Origin: Azolla caroliniana
Taxonomy: Eukaryota; Plantae; Polypodiophyta
Assembly: GCA_043228905.1 (NCBI GenBank)
Contig: JBHGNT010000007.1
Coordinates: forward strand, 9,052,001 to 9,116,000
DNA: 64,000 bases
Direction: 5' to 3'
Both the position numbers and the translations under genes were made by a program. Of the stretch, positions 12,199-24,491 are shown piece after piece. Numbering within the stretch: position 1 is the stretch's first letter; each line of letters begins with the position of its first letter. Below the pieces are notes generated by a model. That model worked only from the letters and a program-made list of their open reading frames with translations, was not told the DNA's origin and searched no databases.

Positions 12199-12200
12199 TG

Positions 12201-12589
12201 TGTTGACCGGTCAGAAGAGCAAGGACAAGTGGGAAGGCGGAGTCAGATCGGATAATAGGAAGTAAATAATAGTATAATTATTATTCGGAGGGACGGATCC
12301 GGTACAATTGTACCGATCCGGATCCGGACCGATTCGGATGCCGGTTGCCTAAGCGCACCGATTGTAACCTTGCCGGATGCCTATAAAAGGATCCGATGAT
12401 TTGTAAAGGCTTGACGAAAGTAATACAAATAGAATTATTGCGTGTTTATCTGTATCTTTGTATTGTTTTACCGTCTGTGCTTAGTGTAATCATCTTACGC
12501 GTGTAACCTAGCATCCAATCCTTACCACCCCTTTGGAGAAGTGTCGGATAGACACCTGTGTTGAGGCTAGTCCAGCCAAGCAGACAACA
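12201..12589 (+). repeat. 3' LTR of element A (389 bp)
   Basis: Direct repeat of 2786-3167, followed by TSD TTCTC. Confidence 0.97.
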
Positions 12590-12594
12590 TTCTC

Positions 12595-13159
12595 CTTGTT
12601 CTCTGCTCGTAGCAGATGTACCAGGCATGCCAAAATATTGTGTTGTCACTCCTGTCAACCAACAGACACAATGGGTTGAACATTCTACTTCCGAGAACGC
12701 TCTATCAAGATGATTGTGGTTGGAGATATGGAATATGCTGACACTAGTTCCTTACTCATAACTTTATGTAAACAATAGTCACACAACACTAATTACTAGG
12801 ATTAGAACACTAATTGGTGTAGCAGAGAATGAATTCGAACATCCGATACACTGAATAGATAGAAAATGAAAGGGAATAGTCAACACAATAGATACTCTAA
12901 CTACCAAAATTATATTAAACCAAAACAAACCGATAATAATACAATGCTCTTGGTCCCTTTTTATAGGCGACTTGAGAGACTTCTCCAAGATATTACACTT
13001 GCTTGTTCGGGAAGAACCTATAGTTATACTAATCGTCCTATTTTCTAATTACTCTAATTTCTACTTGACAAAATTACAATTCGATTTTTGTCCTTTCATA
13101 CTTGTCCGACCCCGACTCCGAATCCAACCTTTACACTTTGGGTAGCGGACTGGTTAACA
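12595..13159 (-). mobile_element. 5' LTR (about 12641-13159), PBS and leader of older gypsy B, separated from its gag by element A
   Basis: Minus strand starts TGTTAACCAGTC (compare A: TGTTGACCGGTC), has TATA gcctataaaag and ends GACAACA; PBS TGGCATGCCTGGT (12632-12620) equals Arg(UCU)-type TGGCACGCCCGGT with two CpG transitions. Confidence 0.8.
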
Positions 13160-16100
13160 GACACCAGATATTTATTGAGAAAGAGATTGTAGGTGTGTGT
13201 GAAGCCTACCTATTTGGCAAACAACTTCGGCAACCATTCTCCAAAGAGAGGAATGTAAGTAAAGGGATCATGGATGTAATACATTCAGATGTTTGGGGAC
13301 TAGCCCAAATGGCCACATTCGGCGGATGCTGATATTATGTGACGTTCATCGACGACTTCTCCAGGCACACCTGGATCTTTCCTATGCGGCAAAAGAGTGA
13401 AGTGTTCACACACTTCTAGAAGCTTAAAAATGAAGTTGAAAAGGCATTTGGTCGACATGTATAATGCCTTTGATCGGACGGAGACAAAGAGTACTTCTCC
13501 GACGCCTTCATTGCATACCTTCGACAAGAAGGAATTCGACGAGAGTTTACTTGCCGACACACACCTCAGCAAAACGGAGTAGCTGAACGGAAGAATCGGC
13601 ACATATTAGAGGTAGCAAGGGCAATGATGAACAAGAAAAACTTGCCAAAATCATACTAGGCCGAAGCAGTAAACACAACCGCCTATCTAATGAATTGGTG
13701 CACAACATCCGGAGTGCGCAACATAACCTCTCACAAGAAGTTCTATGGAAAGAAGTCGAACCTATCCCACGAAAGGATATTTAGCTCTATCGCATTCATA
13801 CACATTCCCAATGAAAATTAGCAAAAGCTCGATCCAAAATCGGAGAAGTATATCCTCGTGGGGTACTCACTTGAACAAAAGGGGTATAAGTGCTTCAACC
13901 CCTCTACCAAGAAGATACAAGTGAGTAGGGATGTCGTATTTGTCGAATTGGCATCCTAGTACACAATCAACTCAGCTCCATCTGATCCAATTGAAACCAA
14001 TTTCGAAATAGACTCGAAGGAGGATGATCGACTAAGGCTCACAATAGAGGAAAGTCCAATCTCAACCAAGTTGAGTGGACCACAAGAGCCTCCAAGCGAC
14101 CAAAGCACGTCACTGCCACGTCCGAAGCCGAACAAGGGGAAGGCCAAAATGCCTGAGTTCAAAGACTCAAATGGAACTGAATCGGCTCACTCACTCAATA
14201 GTGAGTACATTGGATTAGATGTTCCTATCATGAGAACATCAAGATCCAAGAAAGCATTCACGAAGACAAGTGAACCACCATGTCACTCCACCCGAGAAAA
14301 GAACGTAGTTAGCCGATTCGGCTACAACAACTACATGGCATATCATTATGCCTTTATGATGAAGGTGGTGAAAGTTCGGAAACCAGAAATTTTTTCCGAA
14401 GTCTCTAAGGACCCACGATGGGTCGAAACGATGAATGAGGAGATGCAAGCACTCTCTAGGAACGAGACATGGGATCTCGTCCCCTCTTCACCCCACCAAA
14501 AGGCAATCAGATGTCGGTGGATATTCAAGGTGAAGCACAATGCTGACTGCACCATCAATCTGTATAAGGCCCAACTTGTGGCAAAAGGGTATGCACATAT
14601 GCATGGGTTCAATTATGAATAGACATTTGCCCCGGTGGGAAAGATGACAACCATTCAAACCATGATTGCACTTGTAGGAGCCAAAGGGTGGCACCTCCAC
14701 CAAATGGACATCAAGAATTCCTTTCTCCAAGGCAAATTAGATGAAGAGGTGTATATGGTGCAACCGCTCAGTTTCAAGTCGAGCACACAACTGCTAGTAG
14801 TATGCCGACTCAAAGATCCTCTCTACGGCCTCAAGCAGGCACCTAGAGCATGGCATTCGAAGATAATCCACTATTTTCACCAAATTATCCGAGTTCGACA
14901 ATTCTTTGTTCATCTGGAACGACTCCAAAGGACAGTTATTCATCATAATATATGTCGATGACTTGGTCATTGGAGGAGAGCACATAGGGGATATTGAACA
15001 TACCAAGGACCTACTATTCGGCCGATTCGAAATGAAAGACATGAAGGAGCTACATTACTTTCTAGGTATAGAAGTAATTCAGACTCTTGACAGCATACTG
15101 ATCTCCCAACGACACTACATCCTCAATCTGCTCTTCAAGTTTGGGATGACAAAGTGTAAACCCGTTGTCCTAGTGTAATTCATACACTACGTGAAAAACA
15201 TATGGAATACCTTATTGAATAAGTATGAAGAAAAAGAAGAAAATATGAAAATGTAACACATGCACATGGCAAGATTCAAACGTTGTACCTCCATATTAAT
15301 AATTTTAAGCCTTACCATTATACTAACACATCATGAGTATTAAAATAATAGATTTTCTATGTAGAAAACATTATCCTCACGCATATTTTCTAGGAAAAAA
15401 CTACTCGTGCACATCTAGCGTGCATGAACACTATAGTAAAATAAGCATGATAAAAAGAAAAAGCTACTCATGCACATCTAGTGTGCATGAACACTTTAGT
15501 TAGAAGAAAAGGCATTACGTTCATAGTTAGAAAAAGCATGAGGTTAGAAAAAGCATGGATTGCTACGTGCTAAGCCTTCTCTCATCACTATATAAGGATG
15601 GGAGCAAAATGTAATGTGGGGAAAATTTTGGTGTGAAACATTTTGGGTTGTTTCTTGGGAAAATTATTAGGGTTTCTAAATATTAATAAAATACATACAT
15701 TATACTCGTGGCATTCATGAGTTTTCTATCTCTCTCTCTTTCAATCTATTCATATTCTTATCTCAATATTGATTAAGAAAATACATTATACTCGTGGGAT
15801 TCACGAGTTTTCTATCTCTCTGTCTTACAATCTATTCATAACTAGATTCGTCTCAAATTCTTCCTCCTAATCCAAAACCTTGGCGGTTTCTACCCGACTC
15901 ACGCAATGATCTGGCGCTGAAAGGCATGACACATTTGGTGAACCCGACATGAAGACGGGTGGTAAGGAGATGGAGAATCAACAAGAGGCGATGAACATGA
16001 TGATGATAATGATGTAAGAATAACGCGCGATGTCGGAGATTGCAGCGGGAAGCTGATTGGACAAGACCGATCCGGAAAGAAGCTAATCCGGACCAGTTGG

Positions 16101-18140
16101 AAGTCGAAATGGTCAAAGCCCGCGACACCCAATCTCCAAGCGGATGAGGCCAAGCAGGCACAAGGTAGGATTCAAACCCTGCACCTCCATGTTAATACAT
16201 GCACAAGGTGGGATTCAAACCCTGCACCTCGATGTTAATAATTTGAAACTTAACCATTATACTAACACATCATGAGTGTTAAATTAATAGATTTTCTATG
16301 TAGAAAATGTTATCCTCATGCATATTTTCTAGGAAAAAGCTACTCATGCACATCTAACATGCATGAACATTATAGTACAAAAAACATGATAAAAAGAAAA
16401 AACTACTCAATGTGCACATCTAGTGTGCATGAGCACTTTTAGAAAAAGCTATTCATGCACATCTAGTCTACACGAACACTTTAGTTAGAAGAAAAAGCAT
16501 GAAGTTCATAGTTCGAAAAAGCATGAAGTCAGAAAAGGCATGAGGTTAGAAAAAGCATGGATTGCTATGTACTAAGCCTCTCCCATCACTATATAAGGAT
16601 GGGAGCAAAATGTAGTGTGGGGAAATTTTGGTGTGAAATGTTTTGGGTTGTTTCTTGGGAAGATTATTAGGGTTTCTAAATATTAATAAAATACATACAT
16701 TATACTCGTGGCATTCATGAGTTTTCTATCTCTCTTTCTTTCAACCTATTCATATTCTTATCTAAATATTGATTAATAAAATACATTATACTCATGGGAT
16801 TCACGAGTTTTCTATCTCTCTCTAACAATCTATTCATAACTAGATTCATCTCAAATGCTTCCTCCTCCTAATCCAAAACCTTAGTGGTTTCCACCCGACT
16901 CATGCAACAATCTAGCGCATAAAGGCATGACACCGTCGCTACCCCTCTTGATCAAAATCTCAAGCTAGATGTTGATTCCAGTATAGAGGAGTGTGAGCCG
17001 ACTCAATACCAATAGCTAGTCGGAAGTCTTATCTATCTCACCATTACCCGACCTGACCTCACTTATCCGGTCGGCCTCCTTAGCTAGTTCATGCAAACAC
17101 CGCACGATATTCATCTAGACTACAATAAGCGAGTACTCAAGTATGTGAGTGGGACAATGAATTTCGGCATCCTCTAAAAATCAGTCACACCAGTTCGACT
17201 CGAAGGGTACATCAATGCCGGTTGGGTCGACTACAAAGCCAATAGACGATCAACATCGGAATTCCTCTTCTCCTTAGGCAATGGAGCCATATCGTGGAGC
17301 AGCAAGAAACAGCTGACTATCGCATTCTCAAGCACAGAGGCCGAATACAGGGCCGCAACAATTGCCGCATATGAAGCCGTTTGGTTTAAACGAATCTTGA
17401 AGGATCTGGGCGTTCCCATCACGAATCCAATTCTTCTTTACTACGACAACATGAGCAATATTCATCTGGCTCAAAACCCAGTCTTTCACGCTCGGACCAA
17501 GCACATTGAGGTGCACTATCACTTCATCCGAGAGCGTGGCCTAGCTGAAGATGTCAACCTGCAATACATCAGTACAAATCTGCAAACGATCGACATCTTC
17601 ATGAAGGCTCTAGGAGCCGACAAGTTGCAATAGTTCACGATGAACCTAGGCCTTGCAACCACCAACTAGCCGCGATTGAGGGGGGAGTGAGGATAAGGAG
17701 CCAGAACCGTCCGACATGACGTTGAGCAGAGTAGAATGAACACAAGAGTGAGCCGACTGTCTATAGCCAAAGCCGGAGCTGACTGGAAGCTAACCTAAAG
17801 ATAAGTCTGAACCAACTATTTAACGACCAGAAGTTGCGTTTGAAGGAGCGTGTTGAGAATCAAACTCAACTTCCCTAGTGTGGGAACACACCTGAGAAAT
17901 ATCCAAGTTGTCACTGTGTACACAAGTGTGTAAACATCCCACCTCCTTGTATCATAACTGATGTGCCATAGAAGTTAAGACCTATGACATATATTTAGTA
18001 AGTAGTTAAGTCTCCATCTCTTCCCAAGAGACGATGGTAGAAAGAGAATGTAGAGAGCATGTGACTACATAAGCACCTTCTCCTCCTCTTTGTAACATTA
18101 TTGGTTATTATTCTTGTTAATATAGTGGTGCAGGTGTGTC
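13160..18140 (+). mobile_element. 5'-truncated degraded Ty1/copia element C (IN-RT-RH, PPT, partial 3' LTR from 17851), interrupted at 15166-16932
   Basis: DVIHSDVWG, TPQQNGVAERKNR, KAQLVAKGY, QMDIKNSFL, LYGLKQAPRAW, IYVDDL, HARTKHIEVHYHF; LTR starts TGTTGAGAATCAA like the copies at 41610, 45546 and 50328. Confidence 0.9.
15166..16932 (+). mobile_element. Internally deleted LTR element: LTR (15166-15931), tRNA-Trp PBS, about 220 bp internal sequence, 5'-truncated second LTR
   Basis: TGTC...TGACA termini; 4-bp TSD CCGT (15162-15165, 16933-16936) whose removal restores the copia frame KPVATPL; PBS TGGTGAACCCGACATGA from ~15936 matches the recalled plant tRNA-Trp 3' end; two ~700-bp direct repeats. 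Confidence 0.85.
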
Positions 18141-18144
18141 CATA

Positions 18145-18790
18145 CTCATTGTCCCCACTTGTCCCTAAAAAGTTTCATTGGTTATATGTTGGTAAATATT
18201 AGAAAGGTTATGGTTAACATTTTGTATCTTATACTCTCTTTGTTGTTTTAGCTCTAAGATATGCTTACCTAGTGTATTCTTATTTGGGGTATCTAACAAG
18301 TTGGAGAGGGTGAGAGAGGGTCCTAGTATTTTGCCCTTAACTTGACGTAAGCTAGATATTTGCATGTAAAGTGATACTCATCCTCTGTCTCAATGTGACA
18401 TAATCTACATATCCTTTCCTTTTCGGGGACTCCATTAGCTCGACCATTCTCAATCTCAAGTTTGTGAGATGATACTCTAGAGTTATCCAATGATAATCCT
18501 TAGTTCATTTGGTAAGAACATATCTAGATAGTTTGATTGTAAACTAAAACATAATAACTTAGAGAAGTGCATGAAGTGTTCCTTATAGTAGTACAGCATT
18601 ATAGATGGGAATATGTAGCTCTAATATGTTGATCCATTTATGCCGAGAGAAAATTTCTTGGCGCATTACTTTATTATGGTCCTGATGGGAGATTAAAGTT
18701 TTTTCGGACTTATGGTTGTACCTAAGAGGAGGGGGTAGGTTATTGATGTCTCATAAGTTTGCGAAAGCCAAACATACCACAATGTTATTA
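18145..18790 (-). mobile_element. 3' fragment of RTE-X-like LINE
   Basis: Nucleotide and peptide similarity to 48600-49200 (IENGRANGVP...EDEYHFTCK). Confidence 0.8.
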
Positions 18791-18883
18791 TATATGTATA
18801 CCGAGCGCTAGTATGAGAGGCTCATTCATAGAATTGTTATTTATTTGTGGGCTAATTTTCCACTGTCCCATGTTTGTTCCGTC

Positions 18884-18997
18884 GTGATTGGATTCTGCAG
18901 GGAAAATGTAATAATGTCGTTGTGAGCAGGTGGAGGTGTGTGTGATTTTGAGTGAAGGAGTGATTGGATTCTGCAGGGAAATGTAAATAATGTCGTA
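18884..18997. repeat. Duplicated ~37-bp motif upstream of the RING gene
   Basis: gtgattggattctgcagggaaa(a)tgtaa(a)taatgtcgt at ~18884 and ~18960; a telo-box-like ttagggttt follows at ~19040. Confidence 0.7.
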
Positions 18998-19083
18998 GGC
19001 CTTCCCGAGCAGGAGCAGGAATCGAGTTCTGATTCATTCTTAGGGTTTCCCTAAACGGGAAGAAAGAAGGAAAACGAAAGAGA

Positions 19084-22000
19084 ATGCATCAGCATGTATG
19101 GCTACCTTCATTACGAGTCTGGGCCCCAATAACCCAGAGACCATCTTCTTCGTCTTCTTCTTCTTCATGTCCTTCGCCATTATCACAGGACATCTCTGGC
19201 AGATTGAGATCTTATGCAAAGGAAGATCCTTCTCTTGCCCTGGAAACAGAAGATTCCGTAAAAAACAAGGAGAGGAAGAAAAATAAAAAGAAAAGAAGAG
19301 AACGAAAAGAAGAAGAAGAAGAAGAAGAAGATGATGATGATGATGATGATGATGATTGCGATGGAGAAAAGAAGAAAAGAAGGAGAAAACCTAATCATAT
19401 GTGTCCAATATGTCTTTGCTCTGTTGAAGAATCAAATCTTTCTGTTCTTCAATGGTGCATGCATAGTTTTTGTGTGCAATGTATAGAGAAATGGAGCAAA
19501 CAAGAGCGTTTTTGCCCTCTTTGTAAGCAAACTTTCCATGGATGGTATTATAACATAAGAAGCTCAGGTGAATGTGATGTGAAAAAACTACCAAAATTCA
19601 TGTCTTCTTCTTCTTCTTCTTCTTCTTCACATTTACAACTGCATGATTCTAATCAGATTTCGAGTTGGCAGAGAATACAAAGGTGTGTTTTCATCAATAT
19701 TGAGAATTGAACTATTTTTATGTCGTTTGTTTTAAAATGTCTTGTTTTGAAATAATATTCTCTCTAGGTTCGTTGAATGTATAAGACCCTAGATAACTAG
19801 GGTTTGGAGACTTCGGGGAATATATGAGATTATTGATTATTACTGTTTAATAATTTAGTAAACCTTAAGCCTTTAAATCCTAAACCCAGTGTTTGAAAAA
19901 GAATAAAGACACTGAAATACCAAATTTTGAGCTTTCTGAAGAGATTATTTTTCATTCTTTGTTGAAATTTGTGAATTTCCTACGAAATTCTGACAAGAAT
20001 ATGGTATTTTTTCTAGTTTCTTTTTATTTCATGCATAGAACTGAAAAGAGTCTATTAGCATTTTGTTTTCAGAAATTAACTTAACTTCTTTGCTGATTCA
20101 TATTTGCATTCAGATAAAAGCTGTGATGCTACTAGAAACTAATAGATTTCAATTTTCGAGAATCCAGAAAGTCATAACATTATCATGATGTCATCTTGAA
20201 AGTCAAATGTCTTATCTAGATTGGAAAGGAACAAAAAAAGGCTCAAAAGTATGTTAAACATACCATTCAAATAATATACATCAGGATTCAGAACCATGAT
20301 TTCGTCATTCATGTCATATACTTTATTCATATGAAAAAGGAAAAATAAACTCTAAAAAGCCCTTATTCCTTTCTTATTTTTCTCAAGTACTCCTGGTTAA
20401 TTTCAGAACAAGGATGAATTTATTATATGATTGCTCAAGTAGCATATATACTTAAAAAGATGTTGTCTAAGGGCTCTCAGAGAAAAATGAAAAGTTATGG
20501 GCATTTGGGGAAGTAAAGACAAACTCAGGGTATTCCAGAGTCCCCCCCCCTTAGAAGAAAGATCTGAAATTGAAGCTAAACCTATAATGTAATCTAGAAC
20601 CTATGTGAAATCCAGTACCTATGCTAAAGCTACTCTAATAATGGAGAGGGACATAAAAAAGAATACATGCTAAAACTCATCCCGCATGGCTCATGGCTAG
20701 TTATCTAGAAGCATCCAAGAATATCATTTGGGTAAGGGCTCTCATTGACCTTGGTAGTATGGCGAATGCCTCCTTTTCTGTAAGCTCTAGAATCTATAAG
20801 CTCATTTTCCAGGGTGTGTATCTGTAAGCTCTAGAATCTATAAGCTCATTTTCCAGGGTGTGTATCTGTAAGCTCAAACATTGTGCGGCTCTCTAGAATC
20901 AGGATCAGGATCAATTCCTCAATGATGAATCATACTCCCTATGTGTTGTGGGATATGGGTTCCCAATCTGAGTTTTGTTTGCCATAGCATTTTGTCTAGA
21001 AAAAGTAATATCTAATTTTACCTCTCTCATCTGGAGTTCTCCTCTTGTAAGTAACATAATATTGCTCATAATATTTTGACTAGGACAGGTAATATAATTT
21101 TATTTCTCCTGTTCTCCTCTTGTAAGTAACATAATATTGTTCATAATATCTTAACTAGGACAAGTAAATTAATTTTATTTCTCCCCTTCTTCTTGTATAA
21201 GTATATGGAACCCATATCGACCCAGACATTGAACATGAACTTTGTTTGCTTATTGATTTTTGGTAGGTACCCAAATTCAAGATTTCAAAGAGGGTCCATG
21301 TCAGAAGCTTTTCTGCAGAGATCACACCCTTTACCTAGGAGGAGGTCCTTTGGCGCTTCAAGGGGTTCATCACACTCTCAACCCAAAAGAGATGAAGAGA
21401 ATAAAATTAGTGAAACTCTCAAATGGAGGGCTAGGTATGTGCATTTGTATTTAGAACCTGGCTAAAAAAAGAAGCCTCTTTGCTATTTTTCTCTGTCACT
21501 TTCTGCCCTATAACGTAGTATTCAGGGAAAAATACCCTAGCTTTGGACATTTTACCACAATACTCTTAAGTTTTACAAAATGTACTAGAATAGCCCCATT
21601 ATAGTCATAAAAGCTTTGTTCTTCATACCTAGTCTAGTTATTTTGAAACTCTTCAAGAATGTACTAGAATAGCCTCTATAGTGTGAAGCATTTTGTTTTC
21701 AGAGGCAAACTCTGACCATTTTGAAAGCTTAGAGATATTCTGAAAAATGTTCCAGAAGTTAGGGGTATTTTGGTGTGTTTTTCCTTGTAAATTGGTTTCT
21801 AAACATCTTGACTGATCTAGCCTGTATTTTTACAGTATTTATAAGCGGCATTTGCAAGCCATTCCACCCCAAATCAATACCAGAGTGAATGTGGTAGTAA
21901 AATATTTTCTTGATCTGTTTTTCTGAATGTGTGTCTCAGAGCCATACCTCGTTAAGATTGAGTAGTATTATCTTATAAAATACTGAAAATACTGACACAT

Positions 22001-22672
22001 TCTAGTCTTACATACTGCAAGAAAACGAACAATGGGATTTTAATGGATATGAATATTTAAGGCTCTGTCTCTACTTTTTCACCTGGAAAAATTATAATTT
22101 TTTAGTAATTAGTACCCATAAATATTCATATACATGAAAACCCCATTGTTCATAAATTTTAGTTCTTGACAGAAAAAAGTCTACCAAATTTATTTAACAT
22201 AAAAACATGTGTAACGAGACAATAATTCAAATGAATTTTATTGCAAAATATAAGAACATATGGTGTGAGACAACATCTTCAAAATTTTAAGTTAAAAGCT
22301 TGACTCAAATGCAATAGGATGTGACTCTATTCTTATATAACTAGAATGATGATCCAGGTGTCTATTGACGGTCCTGATCGAAAAATGAGGATTGAGAAGC
22401 GTTTGAAGCCATGGATAATCCGAGAGCTACATGCAATTACTGGTGATCGGGAGCCTTCTTTATTGGTTCAATTTGTGCTTTCCTTGTGGGTTAATGTGGT
22501 AATCCACAAAGAGAATGGTGGATTGCGAGAATCGGAAGCTGTTGAGCAGCTTAAGCCCTTTTTAGATGAGAAAGCTGCTGTTTTTTGGCACGAAATGAAA
22601 TGTTTTGCCGAAAGCCCCTTCTCGTTAATGGCTTATGATTCTGTGGTGAAATACAAGAGGTGCTATGAGTAG
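19084..22672 (+). CDS. Topors-like RING-finger (C3HC4) E3 ubiquitin ligase with C-terminal PWI-like domain, 4 exons, about 379 aa
   Basis: Exons 19084-19682, 21267-21434, 21836-21893, 22358-22672 with GT-AG introns and matching phases. RING CPICL...CMHSFCVQC...CPLCK; C-terminus RLKPWIIRELHAI...LKPFLDEKAAVFWHEMKCFAESPF...YD is typical of Topors-like proteins. Confidence 0.9.
20777..20875. repeat. 44-bp tandem duplication in RING gene intron 1
   Basis: tctgtaagctctagaatctataagctcattttccagggtgtgta x2. Confidence 0.85.
21036..21185. repeat. 75-bp tandem duplication in RING gene intron 1
   Basis: gttctcctcttgtaagtaacataatattg...aattttatttctcc x2, diverged. Confidence 0.8.
21524..21785. mobile_element. 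Mutator-like MITE in RING gene intron 2
   Basis: Imperfect ~60-bp terminal inverted repeats (agggaaaaataccctagctttggacatttt...caaaatg and cattttg...aaaatgttccagaagttaggggtatttt...ttttcct); no clear TSD left. Confidence 0.6.
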
Positions 22673-23274
22673 ATGAAAAAGTAAGAAACCAAACATCTCT
22701 TTCAATGAGTAGCATTCGTTAACTGAATTAACCAAACAAGTCACTTTGAAAGTGTAGGTAGTAAAAAAACGCCTAGACAAAAATAATATGTTCACTCGAT
22801 GTCTGAAGGATGCACTGAGAGTTGTCTTCTGACCTTGGTTTACAAAGAATGAGCTTGGCCCCTCTACACCAACAAGAAGCATTCAAGATATATAAAATAT
22901 ATACATTTTGGTGATATGGTGCACATATTATTGATAGTCTTGTGGTAGTTTGAGAAGCGTGGGAAGATCGGGATTACAGTTATGTATTCTCATTATTTTT
23001 ACACCATTGTTATGGCTGTCTATGGTCTCTTCCAGGATGGCAGGTGCCATTTTTTCATGTGGTCAAACGAATCCCTTCAGGAAATATCTATTCCTACAAT
23101 TCATTCCAGATCACATTTACTTACAATCATTGTATACACATGCAATGATTCTTTTGAAGCTCTATCTTGGAACTTCGCTATTTGTACAATCATGATTTTA
23201 TTACATAGTCCATTACTGATCAGTAAGGCTTGTGAAGCCATATTGTTTTTTGTAGTTTTACCCCATTGTTATAA

Positions 23275-23455
23275 TGCAATTTCGTCTCTTCCTCTATTTG
23301 TAAATTGTAGTTCACATGTTATAACAAAAGTGTTACTTTTGAAGCATTCTGCATAATGTTTGAAATTTCTTCCTCTGTGTGTAAATTGTAGTCCACATAT
23401 TATAACAAAAGTGTTACTTTTGAAGCATTCTTTGTAACGTTTGAAATTTTTTCTC
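23275..23455. repeat. ~81-bp tandem duplication downstream of the RING gene
   Basis: tgtaaattgtagt..cacat.ttataacaaaagtgttacttttgaagcattct occurs twice. Confidence 0.8.
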
Positions 23456-24491
23456 TTCATGCCAATGATATGAATGCATGAGACTTCCTAACCTTCTTAT
23501 TGGGTACAATCCATCATCCATTGTTGTGTTATATATCTATCTATCTGTCTATCTCAATGGTAACATATTATATCCTTTGTGAAGTCTTCATTATGAAGAG
23601 AACAACATGCTTTGCTTTAGCACCATCATCATCCATAGTTTTGGGGAATCGTAAAGCTATTTTGAACCTTTCAGTCTTGGATTATATTTTGCGCTTAATG
23701 AAGTTTTGGGAATCATTTTGGGGGAGTTATATTTATCCTTATCATTATTTATAGCTCATTGCTTGATCAAGACTTCTGTGCTCCTCTCTTATTAGTTTCC
23801 AAAGGTTAATTTAGACGAAGTTTTGGTTTCCTTTGCTTTAGCTTTTGCATGATGAGGCAAAGTGGTGTTCCATCTTTTATCATCTGTATGAGCTGCCATA
23901 TAACTTGCATTGCCAATGTCAAACTAGACTTACAATTTTAACTTAGCATTTGTTGGTTGGCATTGCAACAGTAAACTTCAAATGCAATATTGCATCTCCA
24001 TTGTTGTCTTTGAGTTGTTTGAACTTCATATGGGGATTGCACATCAATCAACGTCCACCAAAATTCCTTGCTCTAATTGACAACAAACACAAAATAATAT
24101 TGCTAAATCAATATGTGAAGATACGAGAAATTAATGTCCGGTCAAAATAGATTATGTTTAAGGTTTAGGGTTTATGCTAAAACAACTTCTCCTTTTCTCC
24201 TTTGAAAAACAAATATATTGGATATGAAAAGTTAATGACTACCCTCCCATTGTTGTTGAATTAATATGAGTGAAGTAAGAAGAAGCCATTTGGAATTAAT
24301 TGAGTGGTATTCATAGAGGGGATGAATGTTGCAAACTTTTGTTAATGACCAAACCCAAACCCTGATTTCTTTGAAAGATTTTTGGAACAACCTAACCCCA
24401 ATGTCCATGAAAAGAAAAATGAAGTTGTGTTACATAAGTGATGATATTTGTAAATTATGTTTGTTTGGAATGTAATGTGCATAGTGAAGAG

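Larger units (their letters stand above)
2786..12589 (+). mobile_element. Complete non-chromovirus Ty3/gypsy LTR retrotransposon (element A) with extra 3' ORF
   Basis: LTRs 2786-3167 and 12201-12589 (TGTTG...CAACA; about 6 transitions plus a 7-bp indel); 5-bp TSD TTCTC at 2781-2785 and 12590-12594; domain order gag-PR-RT-RH-IN; no chromodomain and no extra RNase H. Confidence 0.97.

Noticed and set aside
22950-24150. Short ORFs downstream of the RING gene
   Set aside because: AT-rich UTR or intergenic sequence with no recognisable motifs or splice structure.
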